Source of the DNA: an uncultured Planctomycetaceae bacterium
GTDB lineage: Bacteria; Planctomycetota; Planctomycetia; Isosphaerales; Isosphaeraceae
DNA: 64,000 bases
Assembly (NCBI GenBank): GCA_963833985.1
Contig: CAWIAD010000002.1
Span: forward strand, 1,376,001 to 1,440,000
Reading direction: 5' to 3'
Under the pieces are notes generated by a model. It did not search any database. It was not told where the DNA came from and saw nothing but the letters and a program-made list of their open reading frames with translations. Both the position numbers and the translations under genes were made by a program. Positions 44,935-55,777 of this stretch are shown one piece after another. Positions within the stretch are counted from its first letter, which is position 1. Every line of letters starts with the position of its first letter.

Positions 44935-45159
44935 TCATCTCTGCTGTGCCTGACTTGCGGTCTGCTGAGCATCCGCCAGAGCCATCTGTAAGTGCCGCAT
45001 CACAGCTTCAGCTCGCATACGCTGCCGTCCCGCCTCGATCACCAGGAAAATCGCGGCGAAGACCAGCGCGGCAGAGACAGCCAGCGCCAGCGTCTTCCAC
45101 CGGCGGTTTGACCGCTTGAGTTGTTCAATGGCGAGGAGAAGGTCTTTTGGTTCCGTCAT
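44935..45159 (-). CDS. small single-TM coiled-coil protein
   Basis: IEQLKRSNRRWK followed by a TM segment. Confidence 0.6.
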   Translation of the reverse strand: MTEPKDLLLAIEQLKRSNRRWKTLALAVSAALVFAAIFLVIEAGRQRMRAEAVMRHLQMALADAQQTASQAQQR

Positions 45160-45361
45160 GGGAGAAGCCCCGGGACGTTTGAAGCTGGACTGGAGGCCAA
45201 CTCGACACCATTTTACTGGGTCATTGCGGAATAAAGCGAACAAGAAAGACCCGAGGCGGGATTTGGTCCCGCGCGGTGTTGTTCCAGAATGTGGTACCTC
45301 GAACGTCGCTCTCCATCGCATGTTGCTGCTCGCGAAACTTTGTAACCCAGGCCATGCACGT

Positions 45362-45460
45362 GAAAGGGCACTCCTCCTGGTGTCGGACAGTCCGATGAGT
45401 CCCACAGGAGGCAAGCCCTCGTTCCATTCACGGGTCGTGCCTGGTGGAAAAGCCGCATCG
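45362..45460 (+). pseudogene. degenerate duplicate of the amn 3' segment
   Basis: encodes ALLLVSDSPMSP as in amn 23781-23835; 15 bp identical core AGTCCGATGAGTCCC. Confidence 0.8.
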
Positions 45461-45475
45461 CGCCCCACGATCTGC

Positions 45476-46246
45476 TCACGGAATGGCGGGAGGGAGGAAC
45501 TGGCGGGCCCACGCGAGGTCGTCAGGATCAAGGTCGGGAGAGGGCGTTCCTTCGTAGATGTAATACTGGTAACCGGCGGCATCGTAGATCCGGTGCAGGA
45601 GTGCCTGGAGATCGAGCCGGGCATCGGCGTGACCCGCGCGGAGCGGGATCGGGATCACGGGCAGGATGTCGCGCAGGCCGATGGACCAGAAGCCGGCCAG
45701 GGGGCGGTCGCCCGCGCGGCTGACCATGATCGAGTAGGTACAGGCGGGTCGGTCCTCCGATGGCATCGCCTCGCCTCCTCGGAGCAGGTCAATCTCCACC
45801 AGGTGCGCCGGGCTGCTCAGGAGCTGCCTTCGCTTGAAAAGGTACTGTTCGCGATTGGGCCCCGAACGCTTGTTGGAGGGACTCAACAACTCGATGACAC
45901 ACACCACCTCTCGCGATTTCCGATCGCGGATCTCGACGAAGGACTCGTGCTCGAGGTCCTCCGCGGGCAGACGCACATGCGCCGGGGCGTCCAGCAGGCC
46001 AACGCCCGCCCGCGTTTCAGCAGAAGGCCGGGTGGGTGTGACGCCCAGGTCTGCTCTACCGATCAATCGGCGTGGCGGAGAGAGAAGTTTGTGAACGTAG
46101 ACGTGCTCATCAATCTTGACGATGTAGTCGGGCTGAACCTGAAGTCCAAGCGCCTCCGCCGCGGCCGGCAGTGCACGCTTGTGGAAGTCGTGCCAGACGT
46201 CGTCCTGCTCCAGGTACGGGTTCATCCCCGGAAACGGTGATGGCAC
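45476..46246 (-). CDS. DUF4058 family protein
   Basis: PSPFPGMNPYLE..WHDFH, IELLSPSNK, LVEIDLLRGG. Confidence 0.9.
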   Translation of the reverse strand: MPSPFPGMNPYLEQDDVWHDFHKRALPAAAEALGLQVQPDYIVKIDEHVYVHKLLSPPRRLIGRADLGVTPTRPSAETRAGVGLLDAPAHVRLPAEDLEHESFVEIRDRKSREVVCVIELLSPSNKRSGPNREQYLFKRRQLLSSPAHLVEIDLLRGGEAMPSEDRPACTYSIMVSRAGDRPLAGFWSIGLRDILPVIPIPLRAGHADARLDLQALLHRIYDAAGYQYYIYEGTPSPDLDPDDLAWARQFLPPAIP

Positions 46247-46430
46247 GAGTCTCCCTCCCGCCATGAAAACGGTGCGACGCGTCCCGTCCCATTCTATCAG
46301 ATCGTCCGGTCCTCTTTAAGCCGCGGTAACAGCCGGGTCGTTGCCCCCGTGCATCGGTCTGGGTTCCTGAGATAATGGCTCCTGGTGGACGACAACGAAG
46401 TCTCTCATTGAAAGTACAGGAGAATACCGC

Positions 46431-47138
46431 ATGCGCCATCACTTCGGACTGATTCCGGCACTGGTCGTAGCGATCGCGACCGCGTTTTCATTCCCCGCGC
46501 TGGGCGACGACTCCGGCTGGACGCCGCTCTTCGACGGCAAGTCGCTCGACGGCTGGTCGGTGCACGGCGGCTTCGCGACCTACAAGGTCGAGGATGGGAC
46601 GATCGTGGGGACCACGGCGGTAGGCAGCCCGAACACGTTCCTCTGCAAGGGGGACTTCACGGACTTCGCGCTCGAGCTGGACGTCCAGTGCGACCCGCGT
46701 CTGAACTCGGGGGTGCAGGTGCGCAGCCATGTGTACCAGCAGGATGGCCCCGACCCGCTCGACGCCTCGAAGCAGCGCAGGAAGGGCGTCGTGTACGGAC
46801 CACAGTGCGAGATCGCCCGCCACGAGACGGGCACCGCCGGGCGCTTCTACGACGAGAGCCGGCGCGACAAGTGGATCTGCGAGATTGGCTCGCAGGCGCA
46901 GGACGCGTTCAAGGACAGCGGTTGGAACCACTACAAGATTGTCGTTCAGGGCAATCGCTATCGTTCGTGGGTCAACGGCGTGCCCTGCTCGGACTTCCCC
47001 GACGACATCGATCGGCACGGTCTGATCGGTCTCCAGGTGCACGGAATTGGCCGCGGGGAAGGACCTTTCCAGGTGCGCTGGAGGAACATCCGGATCAAGG
47101 AGCTGAAGCCCGGCGAGAATCTCGACACGGGCAATTGA
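46431..47138 (+). CDS. DUF1080 (3-keto-disaccharide hydrolase-like) secreted protein
   Basis: GWTPLFDGKSLDGW, NSGVQVR, WNHYKI, IGLQVH, WRNIRIKEL. Confidence 0.92.
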   Translation: MRHHFGLIPALVVAIATAFSFPALGDDSGWTPLFDGKSLDGWSVHGGFATYKVEDGTIVGTTAVGSPNTFLCKGDFTDFALELDVQCDPRLNSGVQVRSHVYQQDGPDPLDASKQRRKGVVYGPQCEIARHETGTAGRFYDESRRDKWICEIGSQAQDAFKDSGWNHYKIVVQGNRYRSWVNGVPCSDFPDDIDRHGLIGLQVHGIGRGEGPFQVRWRNIRIKELKPGENLDTGN

Positions 47139-47385
47139 CCGCCGGAGATCCCTCGCCCGCTCGGTTCCTGGCTCGACGTACCGGCGATCTGGTTTGAATT
47201 TTTCAACACTGGCGGATAATCTGCACTAAGTGCCGGCTACATCTGTGGTAGCATTGCCAAGAGCCGAGCCGCGAGAACCCACCTGCGCGTGCCCCAGATT
47301 CCTTCCGGCGGGTGACAATCCAGAGATCATCGCCGTTTCCTTCCTTCCTTGCGCGTGAGCGACCATGGCTGAGGAGCACCCCGCG

Positions 47386-50300
47386 ATGTGCATGCTGAGA
47401 AACCTGGGATCGCTTCAGGGAGCCGCGGCTCCTCATCGTGGCTCTGCTGCCCGCGACCGCCCTGGCTGGCGACCAGAAACCCGACTCCGGGAGCAAGGCC
47501 CCGGCCCGGGTGAGCTACGACAAGCAAGTGCGGCCCATCTTGCAGGCGCACTGCCAGGGCTGCCACCAGCCGGCGAAGGCGGGTGGGGCCTACGTGATGA
47601 CCGCCTTCGAGCGGATGCTCAAGGGGGGAGAATCGGGCGAGGCGGCGATCGTGCCGGGCAAGGCGGCCGAGAGCCATCTGATCGAGCTGGTCACGCCGCA
47701 TGACGGCAAGGCCGAGATGCCGCAGAACAAGCCCGCGCTGGCGGACTCGGAGATTGCGCTTCTCACCGACTGGATCAGCCAGGGCGCCCGCGATGACACG
47801 CCCACGAACCTGGGAAGGCGGTACGACGCCGAGCATCCCCCGGAGTACACGCGGCTGCCGGTGATTCCGGCCCTGGCGTTCTCGCCCGACGGCTCGCTCC
47901 TGGCGGTGGCCGGGTTCCACGAGGTGGTGCTCTGGAAGGCCAATGGCAGCGAACCGGCGGGCCGCCTGGTCGGGCTTTCCGAGCGCATCGAGTCGCTGGC
48001 GTTCAGCCCCGACGGCAAGAAGCTGGCCGTCACCGGCGGGCAGCCCTCGCGGATGGGCGAGGTGCAGGTCTGGGACGTGGCGAAGCGAAAGCTCACGCTC
48101 TCGGTCCCGGTCACATTCGACACGGTCTACGGAGCAAGCTGGTCGCCCGACGGCACCAAGATCGCGTTCGGGTGTACGGACAACACCGTCCGGGCGATCG
48201 ACGCCAGGACCGGCGAGCAGGTGCTCTTCCTGGGCGCGCACAGCGACTGGGCGCAGGACACGGTCTTCTCGGTCGACGGCTCGCACCTGATCTCGGTTGG
48301 CCGCGACATGGCGGCGAAGCTTACCGAGGTGGCCACCCAGCGGTTCGTGGACAACATCACCTCGATCACGCCCGGAGCCCTCAAGGGCGGACTGGCGACC
48401 GTGGCCCGGCACCCCCAGCGCGACGAGATCGTGATCGGCGGTTCCGACGGCGAGCCCAAGCTCTACCGCGTGTTTCGCAAGACCACGCGGGTGATCGGCG
48501 ACGATTCGAACCTGATCCGCGAGTTTCCCGCGCTCCCCGGGCGCATCTACAGCGTGGCCGTCAGCACCGATGGCAAGCGCGTCGCCGCCGGCAGCAGCCT
48601 TGACGGTTTCTCCGGAGAGGTGGCCGTCTACAATTTCGACTTCGACACCGCGCTGCCCGAGAACATCAAGGCCATCAACGAGAAGGTGGTGACCGCGCGA
48701 TCCGCCGCCGAGAGTGCGGCGCTGGACGCCTATCACAAGCAAGGGGTCAAGCTGGTCTCCCGCGTCAAGGTCCGCGCCGGTGGAGTCTACTCGGTGGTTT
48801 TCCGGCCCGACGGCAAGGTTCTGGCTGCCGCGGGCGGCGACGGCATCATCCGGCTGATTGACCCGGAGCAGGGAAAGATCCTCAAGGAATTCGCGCCGGT
48901 GGCTGTGAAGACCTCCTCCTCCGTGGCCAGCGCCCCGGTGACCGCCGTGCCGCCCAAGCTGGACGAGAGCGTCCCGACCGAGACCCTGCCGCGCGGTGCC
49001 TCGGTGGTGGCTCTGGACGTCCAGCCGAAGGAGATCCGGCTCTCGAACCGGTTCGCCTACACCCAGCTTGTCGTGACCGGCAGGCTATCGTCCGGCGAGA
49101 CGATCGACGCCACGCGGATGGTCGAGGCGAAGCTCTCGTCCGAGATCGTCGCGCTGGGCCGGTCCGGCCTGGTCCGGCCGCTGGCCGACGGCAAGGCGAG
49201 GCTGACCCTGAGCCTGGCCGGCAAGTCGGTCGACGTCTCGTTGTCGGTGCTCGGGCTGGCCACGCCGGTGCGGGTGGACTTCGTTCATGATGTCGCGCCG
49301 GTGCTCTCGCGGCTGGGCTGCAACCAGGGGACCTGCCACGGCTCGGCCCAGGGCAAGAACGGCTTCAAGCTCTCGCTCCGCGGCTACGATCCGCTCTTCG
49401 ACGTGCGGGCGCTGATCGACGACAACGCCGCGCGGCACGTCAATCTCTCGCAGCCGGAGACCAGCATGATGCTGGCCAAACCCACCGGCGCTCTGCCCCA
49501 CGTGGGCGGGGCCTTGATGCAGCCGGGAGAGCCCTACTACGAGGTCCTGCGCTCCTGGATCGCCGATGGCGGCCGGTTCGACGCAACGACCCCGCGGGTG
49601 GCGCGGATCCAGATCTTCCCGGCCGACCCGATCGTGCCGCGGATCGGCGGCAAGCAGCAGTTCCGCGTGCTGGCGACCGACGCCGGCGGCGAGGTGCGCG
49701 ACGTCACCCGCGAGGCGTTCATCGAGACCGGAAACATGGAAGTGGCCACGACCAGCCGCTCCGGCCTGGCGACGGCCCTGCGGCGCGGGGAGGCGCCGAT
49801 GCTGGCGCGCTACGAGGGTGCGTACGCCTCCACCACGCTCACCGTCATGGGCCAGCGCGACGGCTTCGCCTGGGCCCAACCGCCGTCCTACAGCCGCATC
49901 GACGAGCTGGTGGCGGCCAAGTGGAGGCGGATGAAGATCCTCCCCTCGGGCCTCTGCTCCAATACCGATTTCCTGCGCCGGGTGAAGCTCGACCTGACCG
50001 GCCTGCCGCCGACCAGCGACGACGTCCGCGCCTTCCTGGCCGATCCGCGCGACTCGCGTGAGAAGCGCGCGGCCCTGGTCGATCGCCTCATCGGCTCGCC
50101 CGACTACGTGGAATACTGGACCAACAAGTGGGCCGACTTGCTCCAGGTCAACCGCAAGTATCTCGACGTCGCCGGCGCCACCGCGCTGCGGAGCTGGATC
50201 CGCGGCCAGGTGGCCGCGAACACGCCCTACGACGTCTTCGTACGCTCGATCGTCACGGCCGCCGGCTCGAACAAGGACAACCCGCCGGCCGCGTATTTCA

Positions 50301-52522
50301 AGGTCCTGCGCGAGCCGGCGGCCATCATGGAGAACACCACCCAGCTCTTCCTGGCCGTACGGTTCAACTGCAACAAATGCCACGACCATCCTTTCGAGCG
50401 CTGGACGCAAGACCAGTATTACCAGACGGCCGCGTATTTCGCCCAGGTGGGCCTGAAGGCCGACCCGGCGAGCCACGGGCGGATGGTCGGGGGGACGGAC
50501 GTGGAGTCTCCCAAGCCGCTCTACGAAATGGTGGCGGACACGGGCTCCGGCGAGGTGGTGCACGACCGTACCAAGCAGGTGGCCGCGCCGAAGCTGCCGT
50601 TCAAGTGCGCCTACCCGAAACCGGCCGCGGGAACCCCCAGGCGGGTTGAGCTGGCCGCCTGGCTGACGTCCAGCGACAACCCTTACTTCGCCCGCAGCTA
50701 CGTCAACCGGCTCTGGGGTTACCTGTTCGGCGTGGGCATCATCGAGCCGCTCGACGACATCCGCGCCGGCAATCCGCCGACCAATCCCGAACTGCTGGAC
50801 TACCTGACCCAGGAGTTCATCAAGAGCGGGTTCAACGTCCGCCACGTGATCCGCCTCATCTGCACGTCGCGGACCTACCAGCTCGCCATCGACGCCGGGC
50901 CCTGGAACGCCGACGACAGGACCAACTACTCGCACGCAGTCGCCCGCCGGCTCCCCGCCGAGGTGCTGCTGGACGCGGTCTACCGGGTGACCGGCGCGCG
51001 TTCGAAGTTCCCGGGCTTGCCGGAAGGAACCCGGGCGGCGGCCTTGCCCGACTCCGGCGTGGAGCTTCCCAGCGGCTTCCTGACCACCTTCGGCCGCCCG
51101 CCCCGCGAGAGCGCCTGCGAGTGTGAGCGCAGCAGCGGTCTCCAGCTCGGGCCCATCATGGCCCTGGTGAGCGGACCGACTCTGGCCGACGCCATCGCCG
51201 ACCCGAGCAACGAGCTGACCAGGCTGCTCACGCGCGAGAACGATGACGCCAGTCTGGTCAACGAGCTCTTCCTGCGCATCCTCAACCGCCCCGCCACGCC
51301 GGAAGAGATTGCCACCTGCCGCAACGACCTGAAGTCCATCGATGATGATCACCGCAGGCTGGCCGAGAACCTCGGCAAGCGCGAGGTCGAGTACGCGCTG
51401 CGGCGTCCCCAGCTCGAGCGCGAACGGCTGGCGGCGATCGCCAGGGCGGAAGCGGCGCTGGCGGCCCACGAGAAGGAACTGGCGCCCCGCCTGGCCCAGA
51501 AGGAAAAGGAAAAGGCGGCGCGTACCGCGCAGCTCCAGGCCGAGCTGAAAACCTACGAATCGACCGTCCTCGCCAAAAAGATGGCCGAGTGGGAGAAAGC
51601 CCAGGCCCTGGCCGTGCGCTGGAAGACGATCGAGCCGAAGTCGCTGGAGGCGATCGGCGGGGCCGTCCTCTCCAGGCAGCCCGACGGTTCGATCCTTGCC
51701 GGAGCCAAGAGCCCGTATCAGTCGGTTTACACCATCACGACCGAGACCGAGCTGACCGACATCACCGGCCTGCGGCTTGAAGTCCTGCCGACCGACTCGC
51801 TGCCGAACCACGGCCCCGGCCGTGCTCCCGACGGCAACTTCGTGCTCACCGAGATCGAGGTGCTCGCGGCGCCCAAGGCCAATCCCGGGCAGGTCAAGCC
51901 GGTGAAGCTCCAGACCCCGCTGGCCGATTTCAACCAGGACGGATATTCCATCGGCCTGGCGATTGACGGCGACCGCACCAACCAGGGGACCGGCTGGGCG
52001 GTCTACCCGACGATCGGCGTGCCGCACTGGGCCACCTTCGAGACGGTGCAGCCGGTCGGCAAGCCCGGCGGGACGATCCTGACCATCAAGCTCCATCACC
52101 GGTTCAACGCGCCCTATTACACGATCGGCCGCTTCCGGCTGGCCGTGACCCGCGTGCCCCGTCCCGTGGGCCTGGGGACGAGCGACGCGCTCCGCGAGAT
52201 CCTCGCCACGGTGCCCGAACTGCGCACCGAGGCCCAGCGCCAGATGCTGCTGAGCTACCACCGCGTGATGGACCCCGACTGGCGAAGCAAGCAAGCGGCC
52301 ATCGGCGCCAGCCAGGCTCCCTTGCCCGTCGATGCGGAGCTCGCCGCGTTGCGGGTTCAGCTCGAGCAGGCCCGCAAACCGGTGCCCGTGGATGCGCAGC
52401 TCGTGCAGTTGCGCCACGACGTGGAGATGAGCATCCAGCAAGCCGCCACCCGCCGGCTCACCGCCGCCCAGGACATTGCCTGGGCCTTGATCAACAGCCC
52501 GGCATTCCTGTTCAATCACTAG
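47386..52522 (+). CDS. large cytochrome c / WD40 / Ig-like / DUF1549-DUF1553 protein (probable frameshift near 47420)
   Basis: CQGCH, WD40 units, GCNQGTCHG, CNKCHDHPFE, ESACECER, WALINSPAFLFNH; GAGGAG SD precedes ATG 47386, out of frame with ORF 47438. Confidence 0.9.
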
Positions 52523-52552
52523 TGCATCGCTGAGCAACCTGGTCTTCCGGGC

Positions 52553-52969
52553 ATGGGTGTTCCATCATCAGTCGAGGCACGCCGGTTCTACCGATGTGCG
52601 ATTCAGAGGCTCGAAGAAGCACAGATCTTGCTCCGGGCGGATCGTACGACCGGAGCGGTCTACCTGGCCGGTTATGGAATCGAGTGTATTCTGAAATCTC
52701 TGATTCTTTCTGCCGTTGTCTCTGGGGCAGCCGTGTCGGTCCTGCAATCTTTCCGAGGGAGCCGCGCCCATGATTTTGAGTGGTTGAGACAGCAGTACAT
52801 CGACTCTCATGGTCCGGACTTTCCTCGTTCCATCAACATCCAGTTCACGTTTGTCAACGACTGGTCCACGGAGTTAAGGTACAATCCGGGGAACCTGAAA
52901 GCGGATGATGCCGTGGATTTCCTGGCTGCCGCCGAAGAGATCATTCGCTTTGGCAGTGAGAGACTTTGA
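52553..52969 (+). CDS. HEPN domain protein
   Basis: RLEEAQILL..GAVYLAGYGIECILK, HD, W..LRY, A..FL. Confidence 0.8.
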   Translation: MGVPSSVEARRFYRCAIQRLEEAQILLRADRTTGAVYLAGYGIECILKSLILSAVVSGAAVSVLQSFRGSRAHDFEWLRQQYIDSHGPDFPRSINIQFTFVNDWSTELRYNPGNLKADDAVDFLAAAEEIIRFGSERL

Positions 52970-52970
52970 A

Positions 52971-53294
52971 ATGTCGATCGAGATTTCACGGGGCAAGACC
53001 GATTCGATTCTCGAGGAGATACGGACAGCGCTGATCTCCTTTGAAACAGACCGTCCCGACGCGAGGATCGACCTTTATCGACACAGCTCGGCATCAGTTC
53101 GCGTGCGAATCATCGATCCTGGTTTCGACGGCATGAGCAAGAAGCAGCGGAATGACCTTGTGTGGAAATACCTGGAACCCGTTTCGGAAGATGCGCAGGG
53201 TGATATCAGCATGTTGGTACTCCTGACCCCGGATGAGGTTGAGAAGTCGATGGGAAACCTGGAGTTTGAGGACCCCGTTCCAACGCGACTCTGA
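52971..53294 (+). CDS. HEPN-partner protein (BolA-like / degenerate MNT-like)
   Basis: VRIIDPGFDGMSKKQR..V..L, LLTPDE; 1 bp after the HEPN stop. Confidence 0.6.
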   Translation: MSIEISRGKTDSILEEIRTALISFETDRPDARIDLYRHSSASVRVRIIDPGFDGMSKKQRNDLVWKYLEPVSEDAQGDISMLVLLTPDEVEKSMGNLEFEDPVPTRL

Positions 53295-53385
53295 TGGTGA
53301 CATCATGCGCATTTGCCGAGATCACGTTTCGAAGCATTCTGAGCCTTACCTCTCCTGATCGTTCTGCCATTCAAGGAGCCACCCG

Positions 53386-54872
53386 ATGATCATCGTCCCC
53401 GGAGGAGCAGGCAAGGACCTGTGTGATCCGCAGCTTGGCATGACCCGGCGCGACATTCTCCGCGTCGGCGGTTCGGGGCTCCTGGGTCTGAGCCTGGGCT
53501 CGATGCTCCAGCTTCAGGCCGCATCGGCGCGGGCCGCCGACGTCCCGGGCGGCAAGACCGCCGGCCCTCCGGGATGGGGCAGGGCCAAGAGCATCATCAT
53601 GCTCTATCTCCAGGGCGGGCCCAGCCACCTCGACCTCTGGGACCCGAAGGACAACGTCCCGGACAACGTGAAGAGCGCGTTCAAGAAGATCGCCACCAGG
53701 GTACCGGGCATGGACGTCACCGAGAACCTGCCCCGGCTGGCACAGCTCACCGATAAGTTCACCTTCATCCGCTCGATGAGCTACACGCCCAACGGCCTGT
53801 TCAACCACACCGCGGCCATCTACCAGATGATGACCGGCTACACCACCGACAAGGTCAGCCCCTCGGGCCAGCTCGAGCCTCCTAGCCCCAAGGACTTTCC
53901 CAACTTCGGCTCGCAGATCATCCGCCTGCGGCCACAGAACGTCCCCATGCTGCCGTTCGTCATGCTGCCCAGGCCCTTGCAGGAAAGCGGCGTCGTGGGC
54001 AAGGGCGGCACGGCCGGCTTCCTGGGCAAGGCGTTCGATCCCTACACCCTCTACCCGGAGGGTGATGATATGGACATGACGAAGATGGATCGCATCAAGG
54101 TTGACGACCTCCAGCTTCGGCCCGAGGTCTTCGCGCTGCGGCTGGAGCGGCGGGCCCGCCTGCGCGACGCCCTCAGTGCGGGCATGAAATCGATCGATTC
54201 GGCCGTTTCGGACTACAAGCTCAACGAGTACTACGACCGGGCGCTCAGCCTGGTGGCTTCCGGCCGCGCCCGCGAGGCGTTCAACCTCCAGGCCGAGCCG
54301 GCCGCGATCCGCGACATGTATGGCCGCAATACCTTCGGCCAGAGCTGTCTGCTGGCCAGGCGGCTCATCGAGGCCGGCACGAAGGTGGTTGAGGTCATCT
54401 GGCCCAAGGTCGCCAACTCCGACAATCACTCGTGGGACCACCATGTTGACCTGACCAACCGGATGCGCGATCGCTCCGGACCCATGCTGGACCAGGGACT
54501 CTCGGGCCTGCTCACCGACTTGGAGCAGCGCGGGATGCTCAAGGACACGCTCCTTGTGGCCGTCGGCGAGTTCGGCCGCAGCCCCCAGAAGGGCGTGAGC
54601 ACCTCCGGCAACGGCAACAGTGCCGATGGCCGCGACCACTGGCCGTACTGCTACACGGCCGTGATTGCCGGCGCGGGCATCCGCCGCGGGCATGTCCACG
54701 GCAGCTCCGACAAGACTGGCTCCGCGCCCTGACCGACCCGGTGCATCCCGGCGAGCTGCTGGCCACGATCTACCACGCGTTCGGCATCGACCCGGCCACC
54801 ATGGTGCTCAACCACCTGAACCAGCCGCGCGAGCTGGTCAAGGCCGAGGCCGTGACCCGGCTCTTTGGATGA
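53386..54872 (+). CDS. DUF1501 domain protein (frameshift near 54728)
   Basis: [34 protein letters not shown]; tail [19 protein letters not shown] in the shifted frame. Confidence 0.92.
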
Positions 54873-54889
54873 GGGTCGGTCTTCCCGCC

Positions 54890-55363
54890 ATGCCGTCACG
54901 AGCCAACCTGCCGGCAATCCTTGCCGTGTGCCTCTGTGCCACCCTGGTGAATGCTCAGGAGCCCGCGCAGGACGAGCTCCGGCAGCACCAGGGCACCTGG
55001 GCCGCCGTGTCGTTCCGGCGTGACGGTCAGGACACGCCCGCCGACATCGTCCGGTCGATCACGCGAACCGTCGAGGGGAAGCATGTCGTCTGGAAGCGCA
55101 ACGGCAAGAACTTCGCCGGGACAGCCCTGGAGCTTGACCCCGCGCAGCATCCCAGAGCCATCGACGTCAGCGCCGACGGCGGCCCGATGCGCGGCAGGCG
55201 CGTGCTGGGCATCTACAAGCTCGAGGGCGACCGGCTCACGCTCTGCATGGCTGACCCCGACAGGCCCCGGCCGCGAGAGTTCCGGGCGGATCAGGGCTCC
55301 GGTCAAACGCTCATGGTTTTTCAGCGGAAGGGGAAAGGAGAAGCCAGGTCTTCGAGGCCATGA
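54890..55363 (+). CDS. TIGR03067 planctomycete domain protein
   Basis: signal peptide, QGTW, LDPAQHPRAID, GIYKLEGDRLTLC..RPREF. Confidence 0.88.
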   Translation: MPSRANLPAILAVCLCATLVNAQEPAQDELRQHQGTWAAVSFRRDGQDTPADIVRSITRTVEGKHVVWKRNGKNFAGTALELDPAQHPRAIDVSADGGPMRGRRVLGIYKLEGDRLTLCMADPDRPRPREFRADQGSGQTLMVFQRKGKGEARSSRP

Positions 55364-55494
55364 GCCCTGCGCCACGCGCTTTTCTCACCGCGCAAGATTG
55401 CAATGCGTCGATCCGCCGGAAACCGCTCGATTGCATGGCGGAGCATGCCGAGGGCATGATGGAGATCGACTCACCGTCATGGCGTTCAGGGCAA

Positions 55495-55712
55495 TCACGA
55501 TGTTCGACCCCGGCTTCGCGTCAGCGCCTTGCGGGCGTCGGCCGTGGCGTCGGCGAGGTCGTCCAGTTTGCCGCGTGCCTGGAGATGGTCGTCCAGGCTC
55601 CTCGACCTCTCCCGGGTCCAGGCCTGGAAGGCGAGCACAAGCGGCTTCGGACCGATGATCCCCGTTTGGAGCGCGAGCAATCCGAAGTGAGGATGGCGGT
55701 CGGCGGCGATCA
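55495..55712 (-). pseudogene. remnant of the N-terminus of a planctomycete Ser/Thr kinase
   Basis: AADRHPHFGLLALQTGII..AFQAWTRERSRSLDDHL..RG; no kinase domain follows. Confidence 0.5.
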
Positions 55713-55777
55713 GTCTCCTGACCTGGTGTCCGGCCCGGCTTCGGCCCCCGGCTCCGCAAGCAGCTTCCTGTACCGAC

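Larger units (their letters stand above)
25355..45359. repeat. dispersed ~22 bp same-orientation motif at gene boundaries (about 11 copies)
   Basis: copies start at 25355, 27542, 28467, 37146 (degenerate), 37505, 39130, 39713, 40397, 43510, 44440, 44513 (right half only), 45338; consensus approx. AACTATA-n-yyCAsccg-wTRCrc. Confidence 0.7.

Noticed and set aside
24685..45359. Classical integron with attC sites
   Set aside because: Some motif ends read GTTRRR on the minus strand and one TTCCAAC..GTTGGAG pair exists near 37500-37575, but I found no complementary L boxes, no long imperfect hairpins and no intI.
25355..45359. CRISPR array or canonical XerC/D dif (pdif) sites
   Set aside because: Repeats are degenerate and separated by whole genes, there are no cas genes, and the arms do not fit the ATAA-N6-TTATG dif pattern.
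49085..52537. 1150 aa minus-strand ORF and other long antisense ORFs (9461-11482, 53371-54699, 23026-24315)
   Set aside because: Shadow frames of high-GC genes with recognisable products on the opposite strand.
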